Shown: positions 42,266 to 52,800 of the stretch, one piece after another
Numbering within the stretch: the stretch's first letter is position 1
Layout: each line of letters begins with the position of its first letter
Assembly: GCA_963845755.1 (NCBI GenBank)
Contig: CAWJTV010000035.1
Location: forward strand, 1-64,000
DNA from: an uncultured Planctomycetota bacterium
GTDB lineage: Bacteria; Planctomycetota; Planctomycetia; Isosphaerales; Isosphaeraceae
Length of the DNA: 64,000 bases
Reading direction: 5' to 3'
The notes under the pieces: generated by a model
The model's input: only the letters and a program-made list of their open reading frames with translations
Database searches by the model: none
What the model was told of the DNA's origin: nothing
Program-made: the position numbers and the translations under genes

Positions 42266-45200
42266 ATGAAGAACCCGATCTCCTGGTCTGAAACGGAAGA
42301 CCAGCAAGGGCCTGAGGAGGAGGCGCGAACGAATCGGCCGGGCGATCCCCGCAGGATCGGCCGGTACCGGGTCGTCCGTCGGTTGGGACAAGGCGGGTTT
42401 GGGCGCGTCTACCTGGCCCAGGACGACGACCTGGATCGTCCCGTCGCGATCAAGGTGCCCAACCCCGAGCGGATCGCCGGTCCCGGTGACGTGGAAGCGT
42501 ACCTTGGCGAGGCTCGCGCGCTGGCGAAGCTTGACCACTCGGACATCGTCCCGGTCTACGACGTGGGGCGGACCGACGACGGACTATGCTACGTGGTCTC
42601 CAAGTACGTGGAGGGGAGCGACCTGGCGGAGCGGCTGAGGCAGGCCAGGCTGTCGTTTCGGGAGGCGGCGGAGCTGACGGCGGTCGTCGCCACGGCGCTC
42701 CATCATGCTCATACTCGGGGCCTGGTGCACCGGGACATCAAGCCGGCTAATATCCTCATCGACGCGGATCGCAAACCCTACGTGGCCGATTTCGGCCTGG
42801 CTCTGAAGGATGAGGATTTTGGCAAGGGAGCCCGTGTCGCGGGGACGCCCGCCTATATGAGCCCCGAGCAAGCTCGGGGCGAGGGACACCGGGTCGACGG
42901 CCGCTCCGACATCTTCAGCCTGGGCGTCGTCCTGTACGAGTTACTGACCGGCCGGAAGCCGTTCCGGGGCGAAACCCGCGCCGAGGTGATGGACCAGATC
43001 GTCTCGGCTGAACCGCGCCCGCCCCGCCAGATCGATGACACGATCCCCCGGGAGCTGGAACGGATCTGCCAGAAAGCCCTTTCGAAGCGGGCATCGGAAC
43101 GGTACAACACCTCGCGAGACCTGGCCGAGGACCTGCGCCTGTTCCTCCAGACCGAAGCGGCGACCGGATCGACCCCACCGTTGCCCAGCCCGGTTACCCC
43201 ATCGCCGGTATCCACGCAGGAGGCGACACCGCTCACGCCGATTGCGTCCCGGTCCGACTCCGAAACGCGCCTCGTCAAGATCGTCCCGAAGGGGCTGCGA
43301 TCGTTCGACCGCCACGACGCCGACTTCTTCCTGGAGCTGCTGCCCGGCCCGAGGGACCGCGAGGGCCTGCCCGATAGCCTGCGGTTCTGGAAGACTCGGG
43401 TCGAATCGAAAGACGCCGACACGACCTTCAAGGTCGGCCTGATCTACGGCCCATCGGGCTGCGGCAAGTCGTCGATGGTCAAGGCGGGGTTGCTCCCTCG
43501 CCTGGGCAAGGACGTACTGCCGGTCTACATCGAGGCGACCCCGGAGGAGACCGAGGCCCGGCTGCTCCGTGGTCTGCGGAAGGTCTGTCCCGACTTGCTC
43601 GCCGACATGACTCTCGTCGATGCGCTCGCGGCGCTGCGGCGCGGGCATGTCTTGCGCGCGGATCAGAAAGTCCTGCTAGTCATCGATCAGTTTGAGCAGT
43701 GGCTCTTTGCCAGGCGGAGCGAGCCGAACCCGGAGCTGGTCGCCGCCTTGCGCCAGTGCGATGGCGCAGCGTCCAGGCGATTGTCATGGTCCGGGACGAC
43801 TTCTGGATGGCGGCGACCCGGTTCATGAGAGACCTGGAAGTCAGGCTCGTCGAGGGTGAGAACTCGGCCGCCGTCGACCTATTCGACCTCCTCCACGCGC
43901 GCCGGGTCCTCACGGCGTACGGCCGCGCCTATGGCGTCTTGCCCGAGTCGTCCTCCGAGGTCACGCCCGAGCAGCGGGCGTTCCTGGAGCAGTCAGTCGC
44001 GGGGCTCGCCCAGGACGGCAAGGTCATCTCGGTGCGACTCGCGCTCTTCGCCGAGATGGTGAAGGGGAAACCCTGGACCCCGACCACCCTGCGGGAGGTC
44101 GGCGGCACTCAGGGTGTCGGCGTGACGTTCCTCGAGGAGACCTTCAGCGCCTCGACCGCGCCCCCCGAGCACCGTTTGCATCAGAGGGCCGCGCAGTCGG
44201 TCTTGAAAGCCCTCCTGCCGCAAACCGGCGCGGATATCAAGGGCCAGATGCGGTCGGAGCCGGAGCTGCGCGAGGCCTCGGGCTACGCGGGCCGACCCAG
44301 GGACTTCGATGACCTGGTTAGCATCCTCGATGCCGAGCTGCGCCTGATCACGCCGACCGACCCGGCAGGGGTGGAGGGTGACGAGTGGAGAGTGGAGGGA
44401 GAAAAAACCGGGCATGCCCCGACGATCGCTGAGAGAGCCGGAGAACCCGCCACCCGCCACTCGCCACCCGCCACCCGTTACTACCAACTCACCCACGATT
44501 ACCTCGTCCACTCGCTCCGCGATTGGCTGACCCGCAAGCAACGGGAAACCCGCCGCGGCCGGGCCGAGTTGCGGCTCGCCGAACGCGCGGCGATCTGGGA
44601 GTCGAAACCCGAGAACCGACACCTGCCGTCGCTTTCCGAGTGGATGAGCATCCGGATCCGCAGCCGGAGCAAGGACTGGACCGAGCCGCAGCGCCGGATG
44701 ATGCACCGGGCCGGGCGCGTGCATGGGCTCCGGGCGCTCGCGGTGGCCACCCTGATCTGCCTGCTGAGCTGGGCTGCGATCGAGGGATATGGGAACGTGC
44801 GCACCGCCGCACTTGTCGAACAATCTGAAGACGGCGCACATCTCCGAGGTTTCCACGATCATCGAGCAGCTCTCCGGTTACCGGCGCTGGGCCAATTCCC
44901 GGCTCAGAGTCCTGGTTCAAAGCGCTGAATCATCCAGCCGCGAGAAGCTCCACGCCAGCCTCGCCCTTCTTGCCGTGGATCCCAATCAGGTTCCGAGCCT
45001 GAAGGCACAACTGCTCGTGGCCTCTCCGGTGGAACTCCCCGTGCTGAGTGCTGCCCTGGAGCGTCATCGCCTCAGTCTGATGCCGGAACTTTGGACCGTC
45101 TTGGAGGAGGCGAAGCCGGGTGATGCTCGCCTGCTCCCGGCCGCCAGCGCCCTGGCGCGCTATGACCCAGATAGTTCCCACTGGCAGGCCGCCGGGGAGA

Positions 45201-46848
45201 AGGTTGCCGCGGCACTGGTCACGGTCAACCCCGTCGACCTGGGATCCTGGCTCGACGCCCTCCGCCGTGTAAAAGACCGGCTCACTCGTCCGCTTGCCAC
45301 GATCTTCGAGAAGGGCCGGCCCGAGACCGAGCACATCCTGGCCACCAGCATACTTGCCGACTACGCCAGTAACGATCCCGGCTTGCTTGCCGAACTCGTC
45401 ATGATCGCCGATCCGAAAGCCTATGCCAGGCTTTTCCCGGTCGCCGCGCGTCAGGCGGAGAAGACCTTGCCCGTGTTTCGTGATGAACTCGCCAAGACGT
45501 CCGATCCCGTGCTTGATGAGCCGGTCAAGGACCGGATGGCCGAGCGACAAGCGCGGGCCGCCGTCGCTCTGGTGCGCTTGGATAATGCCGACGACGTTTG
45601 GCGCCGCTTGCAGCACAGTCCCGACCCTCGACTTCGCAGCTTCCTCGTCAACTGGTTGAGTGTGCTCGGAGCCGATCCCACGGCGGTAGTTGCCGTGTTC
45701 GATCGGATCGATCCCAGCGCCGGCCTGCGGCCGCCTCTGGACTATCGGCTATGGACGCCGTTCTCCTCGACTCCAGGACCTCGATGCGGCGAGCGCTGAT
45801 CCTGACCCTGGGATGCTACCGGGCCGAAGAGATTCCACCAGGCGAGCGGGAGCGTTTGACCAACAAGCTGGTCGAACTCTATCGCGACGATCCCGATGCC
45901 GGCATACACGGCGCGGCGGAATGGACGCTGCGAAAATGGAACCAGCCGAAAACGCTCGAAGCGGCCGACGTCGATTTGAAGAAACGCGAGGATTGGGGCG
46001 AGCGGCGCTGGCACGTCAACAGACTGGGACAAACGTTAGCCGTGATCGATGGTCCGGTCGAGTTCTTGATGGGTGCGCCGAATCACGATCGAGAGCGGAT
46101 TGGTGAGGATCAGCCGCCGCGACGAATGGCGATTCCCAGGCGGTACTCCATCTCCACGAAGGAGGTGACGGTTGAACAATTCGAGCAATTCCTGAAGACG
46201 CACACGGAATTCAAACCGGAAGGGTCCGGCCAGGATTCGATCAGACCATACAGCCCCGATCCGGATGGGCCATGCATCGTGGTGGAATGGTACGCCGCCG
46301 CGGCTTTCTGCAACTGGCTGAGTGAACGGGAGGGCTTGCCGCAGAACCAGTGGTGCTACCAGCCCAACAAGGACAAGGCTTACAAAGAAGGAATGACGAT
46401 CCCGGCCGACGTCCTCGACCGCAAAGGCTATCGCCTGCCTACTGAGGCGGAATGGGAATACGCTTGCCGGGCGGGTAGTGTCACCAGCCGATATTATGGT
46501 GTCTCGCTCGAACTGCTCGAGAAATATGAATGGTATCGAACCAACAGTCACGACCGTGCCTGGTCGTGCGGCAGCCTGATGCCCAATGACCTGGGGCTCT
46601 TCGACATGCTGGGAAACGTGTACGAGTGGTCCCAGGACGCGAATATGGCCCGCCGACCCGAGAAATCAGGAGGCTCTATCGATAAGATCCTTGAAAGTGA
46701 AGAAGTAAAGACTGATGTATATCGCGTCCTTCGAGGAGGAGCGTTCGGAGTTGGGCCGTCGGATGCCCGAGCGGCGCGGCGCAGCGTGGACTTACCGATG
46801 AATGCTACGATCTACTACGGTTTCCGTCTCGCCCGGACTTTACCCTGA
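42266..46848 (+). CDS. Ser/Thr kinase - P-loop NTPase (STAND-like) - FGE/SUMF1 domain protein; three frameshifts
   Basis: Kinase GQGGFG, VAIK, HRDIKPANIL, DFG, GTPAYMSPEQ. Walker A GPSGCGKSS, Walker B LLVIDQFE, YQLTHDYLV. FGE motifs RLPTEAEWEYACRAG, PNDLGLFDMLGNVYEW, RVLRGG, GFR. Confidence 0.88.
44370..44478. repeat. Inverted heptamer-repeat element translated inside the kinase gene
   Basis: gtggagggtgacgagtggagagtggaggg ... cccgccacccgccactcgccacccgccacccg, giving EWRVEGE...PATRHSPPATR. Confidence 0.75.
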
Positions 46849-46884
46849 ACGATCCCCGTAGCCCTCAAGGCGGTGCTGTCAATC

Positions 46885-49800
46885 CTACGAGACGCTCGTT
46901 GCCTTCGGCGAGATCGTGAACGTCGAGTCGCCCGCGGCCAGTGAGGCTCCCGCCGCGCTGGAGACCCCGCCTGGTGGCGAGTAGATCACGGTGATCTGGC
47001 CACCCGTCGTAAATGACTTCTGGGTCGCCGACGTCAAGAGCGTGACGATCGTGTCCGACGGGTCGAGACTCGCCGAGACGGAGATCGGCTGCGTGATACG
47101 CTTACCCTTCTTGGTCGAGAACCCAACGACCTGGTAGTTGTTCCGGTTGGCGGCGGTCCCCGCATTCATCGGGACGCTGAAATCGAACACGATCTTGACC
47201 ACCGGCTTGCCGATCGGCTTACCCTTCTTGTTGTGCTTCAGATAGGTCAAGACGATCTGCTCGCCGGTGACCGTGGGTGTGGGTGTCGGCGTCGGCGTCG
47301 GCGTTGGCGGCGTGGGAACGTGGGGGCTCGAAGGAGGGCTCAGACTGCCCGAGGTCACCTGGATTGGCTCGCCCTGATCCGACGTGTTCGCACTGAGGGC
47401 CGTGAACGTGGCCACGCCGTTCTGGGCCGGCACGGTGGTGGTGAAGCCCGGGTTGTTGGGAAGGGAGACGGTCACGTTGCCGCTGTAGGATGTGGCCACA
47501 TTGCCATAGCGGTCCTCGGCCGAGACGCCCAGCGTGAATGTCTGGCCCGGAGTGAGGGTGCTGGGCGGCGGGGTCGTCACCACCAGTTGCGTGGCCGACC
47601 CTGGGCTGGTCGTGATCGAACGCGACGTCGGTGAGGCGAGGCTGCCACTCGTGAATGTCAGCGCAGTGGTCTCCGCGCGATTGTCGGCGAGGTTGGTAAA
47701 CGTGGCCACGCCCTTGACGACGGTGGCCGTCGTCCCCTGGAGCGGGCCAGCCCCGCCAACCAGCGACACCGTCACGACCGTGGTGTTGTCGCCCGTCTCC
47801 ACGTTATGGAAACGGTCTTCTTCGTAGATCACCGGTTGGGTGGCGAAGACCTGGCCGGCGAGGGCCGTCGTCGAGGGCTGGGTCTGGATGACGAACTGAC
47901 TCGCCGCCGCTGGACTGACCGCGATTGCGTTCGTCGGTCCCGCGGTCAGGCCGCCGCCGGTGAATTCGAGCGTGATGGTCTCGACCAGGTCGTCGGCGAG
48001 GTTGGTGAAACTCGCCACGCCGCTGGTGAGCGTCACCTTCGTCATTCCCTGGAGCGGACCGGCCCCGCTGGCCAGCGCAGCGCTGATGACCGTGCTGTTG
48101 TCACCGGTCTCCACGTTATTGTACTGGTCCTCCTCGGCGATTGCCGGTTGCGTGGAAAAGGGCTGGCCGGCGACGGCCGTTGGCGAGGGCTGAGTCTGGA
48201 TGACCAGCTTGGTCGCGACGGCGGGGCTGACGACGATGGCTGTCGGGGACGAGGTGACGCCGTTGTCGGAGAAGCCGAGCGAGATCGTCCCGGCATGGTT
48301 ATCCGAGAGGCCGGTGAACGTGGCAATGCCGCCGATCACGGTGGCTGAGGCCGTCCCCAACAGCGGGCCTTGACCCGGCTTGAGCGTGGCCGTCACGAGC
48401 GTGCTGTTGTCGCCCGCCTCGAGATTGCCGTATGCATCCTCCTCCTTGATGACCGGCTGGATGGCAAAGGTCTGGCCGGCCGTCGCGGTCGGCGCGAGCT
48501 GCTCCTGGAGCACCAGCTTGCTGGCCGACCCCGGGCTGACGACGACCGGCAGGCTCGCGACGGATGTGAAGCCGCCGCCGGTGAATCCCAGCGTGTAGGT
48601 CCCGACGGTGTCGTCGGTGATATTGGTAAATGCGGCCACCCCATCCTTGAGCGTGACCGCGGTTGTTCCCTGGAGCCCGCCGCTGCCGCTGGCCAGGAAA
48701 GCCGTTACTGCGGTGCTGTTGTCGCTCGTCTCGATGTCGCCGTACTGATCTTCCTCGTCGATGACCGGTTGGTTTGTGAAGGCTTGTCCGGCGAGGGCTG
48801 TCGGCGAGGGCTGCGTCTGGATCACGAGCTTGGCGGCGGCTGCGGGGCTGACCACGATCGAGCCACTCGCGGCCGACGTCAGACCGCCGCCAGTGAAGTC
48901 GAGTGCGATCGTCTCGGGCGTGTTGTCCGAGAGGTTGGTGAACGTGGCCACGCCACCGCTTAGCGTGATCGCGGTCGTTCCCATCAGCGGGCCGTTGCCT
49001 GTCTGGAGCTTGGCCGTGATGAGCGTGCTGTTGTCGCCGGTTTCCAGGTTACCGAACTGGTCCTCTTCCTTGATCACCGGCTGGGTTGCGATCGGTTGAT
49101 GGACCGTCGCCGTCGACGAGGGCTCGGTCTGGATGACCAGCTTGCTGGGCGCAGCGGGACGGACGACGATCGGGATGCTCGCGGCGGAGGTGAAGCCGCC
49201 GCCGGCGAATTTCAGGGTGATGGTTTCGGCCGTATTGTCGGACAGACCGGCGAACGTGGCCACGCCGCCGACGACAGTGGCCGTGAGACTCGATCCCTGG
49301 AGCGGGCCGGTGCCGCTGGCCAGGTATGCCGTGACCACGGTGGTACTGTCGCTGGTCTCCAGGTTGCCGTACGGATCCTCTTCCCAGATCACCGGCTGGA
49401 TCGCGAACGCCTGGCCGGCGGCGGCCGTCTGCGATGGCTGTGTCTGGATCACGAGCTGGGAGGGCACCGCCGGGCTCACCGTAACGCTGCTGGAAGGGGT
49501 ACTCGCCAGCGTGCCACTGGAGGCGTCGAGGGAGATCGACCCACTGACGGTCGTGACTAGGTTGTTGAACTGGGCCACGCCGTTGGTCGCCGTCATGGTG
49601 AGCGTGCCGCTCAGGTTGCCGGCGGATCCGTTCGCCAGGCCCACGGTCACCGAGCCGTCGAAGGAGGTGGCCAGATTGCCGAAATTGTCGTAGGCGTCAA
49701 CCTCGGCGGTGAATGACTTGCCCGAGGTCACGCTGCCGGGTGGCCGGGTGATGATCTTGGTCCCGGGGCCCGAGTTGACGACCGAGGTTTGCGAGATCAC

Positions 49801-52800
49801 GGCCGCCAGGCCGGGCGCCACGAACTGGAGCGAGAGACTGCCGGCCTTGTCGTCTTCCAGGTCGTTGAACGAGGCCACGCCCTTGACGACGGTCGCGGTG
49901 GTCGTGCCATCGAGCGTCCCGCTACCCGTGGCTAGCGACGCGGTTAATACCGTACTGTTGTCGGTCGTCACGATGTTGCCGTACTGGTCCTCCTCGTCAA
50001 CCACGATGGGATCCGTGAGTGGGTTCCCTGCGGTCACGGAAGGATAGGGTTGGGTCTGGATCACCAACTGGGTGGCGGGCCCGGGGTTGATGACGATCTG
50101 GCTGGACGGTCCGACCGACAAGCCCCCGCCCACGAAGCCGAGCGAGATCGTCCCGATCGACGAATCGGCGAGGTTGGTGAAGGTGGCCACGCCGCCGACC
50201 AGGGTGGCCGTGGCATTGCCAAGCAGCGGCCCGTTGCCGAAGCTCAGCGACGCCGTGATCACCGTGCTGCTGTCGGTCGTCTCGAGGTTGCCATACTGAT
50301 CTAACTCGTCGATCACCGGCTGAGTGGAAAGGGCCTTACCGGCCGAGGCGGTCGACGACGGCTGGGTCTGGATCTTCAGGCGGAACGGTGCCGCCGGGTT
50401 GACCACGATGTTGTTCGATGGTCCCGCGGTCAAGCTGTCGCCCGAGAACTTCAGCGCGATGGTCTCGGCGGTGTTGTCGCCGAGGCCGGAAAACGTCGCG
50501 ACGCCGTTGACGGCGGTCACCGTCAAGGTCTTGCCTTGAAGCGGTCCGGTTCCACTGGCCAGCGAAACGGTGATCACGCTGCTGTTATCAGTCTTCTCGA
50601 TGTTGCCGCTGGCATCCTCGATGTAGATGACCGGCTGAACGGCGAAGCTCTGGCCGGCGGTTGCGGTCGTCGACGGCTGGGTGGCGATCACCAGCTTGCT
50701 GGCCGGGGCTGGGCTGACGACGATGGCATTGGAGGGCTGGGAGGCCATGGTGCCGCTGGTGAACTCGAGCTTGGCGGTCTCGGCCGTCGCGTCGCCCAGA
50801 TTGGTGAACCGGGCCACGCCGCCGGATACGGTGGCCGTCGTCGTGCCGATCAGGGGCCCGGCCCCGGTGCTCAGCATCGCCGTGACCACGGTGGAGTTAT
50901 CGCCCGTGAAAAGGTTACCGTACTGATCCTCTTCGTAGACGACCGGCTGCGTTACGAACGGCTGTCCCGCGGTCGCCGTGGCCGACGGCTGGGTGACGAT
51001 CACCAGCTTGCTGGCCGCCGCGCCACTCACGACGACGTCGTCGGAAGTCGTCGAAGTGACACCGCTGGCATTGGTGCTGAAACCGATGTTCATCGTCTCG
51101 GCCACGTCGTAAGACAGGCCGCTGAACGTGGCCACACCGCCGACGAACGTGGCCGTCAAGTTGGTCCCTTGCAGGGTCCCCGAACCGACATCCCCTCGGA
51201 CCGCCGTCACGGTGTGGGTGTTGTCGCTGGTGACGACATTACCGTACTGATCCTCCTCCGAGACGAGCGGCTGGGTTGCGAAGACTTGACCGGCCGTCGC
51301 TCGGCCGGACGGCTGCTGCGTGACGACCAACTGGCTCGCCGCGGCCGGGGTGATGGCGATGGTCGTCGACGTGGCCGATGTCAGGTTCGCACCGGAGAAG
51401 GAGAGCGTGATGGTATCGGCGGTATCGGCGGCGAGGTTGCTAAACGTGGCCACGCCGCCCACGACGGTCACGGTGACGGTCCCCGCGAGCGGCCCCGTCC
51501 CGCTCCCGATCGTGGCCGTTACACTCGTCGTGTTGTCGCTCGTGACGAGGTTGCCGCTCGAATCCTCCTCGTAGACCACGGGCTGGGTCCCGAATGCCTG
51601 ACCGGCCGTGGCGCCGGACGAGGGCTCGGTATGGACCACCCACTTCGCGGGCCCCGATGCAACCGTCAGCGTGCTATCGACAGGGTTCGATGGGGCGTAG
51701 CTGGCCGTTCCGCCATAGACCGCCTGAATCGTGTACGATCCCACCGCGGTACCCGCGGGAAGCACATAGTTCGTGCTGGCCAGGCCGTTGGCGACGTTCA
51801 CGTTGATGGGCGAAACGAGTTGCGTCGTCCCATTCAGGATCTTGAAGGTCACGGACCCTTCATTAGGGGTCCCGCCCGAGCTGCTCACGTTGGCGGAAAG
51901 GGTGATTCCTTCGCCGGTGGTTGCATTATAGGTCGTCGTCGCGTTGGAAGGTGTGATCGTCGTCGGTGCGGCTGAGACGGTGAGCGTGTTCGTATTGGTC
52001 GAGGTCGTGAAGTCGACGGGATCGGTGTAGACGGCTTGAATGGTATAAGAGCCGCCCGGCGTGCCGGCGAGCAAGGTGTAGTTGCCGGCCGCGGCGTCGT
52101 TCGCGACGTTTTCGATCACCGGACTGCCGACGATAGTCCCTCCATTGTAGATCGTGAACGTGACGATCCCCTCGTTGATGGTCCCGGCCGTGCTACTCAC
52201 CGTGGCGCTGAGGGGAATCGACTGGCTTGAGGAGGCGTTGAAGGTGGCCGAGGCCTTGGTGACCGTCGTACTGGTCGCCACCGGACTGATCGTCAAGAAA
52301 TGGCTTATGTCCGTCGCCGGCAGGTAGGAGGCTCCCGTAGTGGGATTGGTGTATCCGCTGTAGCTCGCCTCGATGAGGTACTGACCAGCCGAGGTATTCC
52401 CGGGCAGGGTGAACGGGGCCGTGGCGGACCCATTCGAGACCTGCACCGAACTGGACTGGGCGATGACCTGAGTGCCGTTCAAGATGGTGAACGTCTCGTT
52501 ACCCCCGCTGATCGCGACACCGGCCGGGCTGGTACTCACGGTCGCGGTGAGCTGGATCGTCTGGTTCGTGGTGCTGAAAGGATAGGTGGCCGAATCGGCT
52601 GAAGTGCCGCTGGCGGTGCTCACGAAGGGCTTATAGCCGATGGTGGGACGAGACGAGTCGGGAGTATTGTGGTCCAGGATCTTGGCTTGGATGGCGGAGA
52701 TGACAGACGTTCCCCAGTAGTTGCCCGAAAGGGGAATCGTCGCATTGGGATCGCCGATAGCGACGATGCCCTGGTTTCCTACATTGCTGAAGTCATTGCC

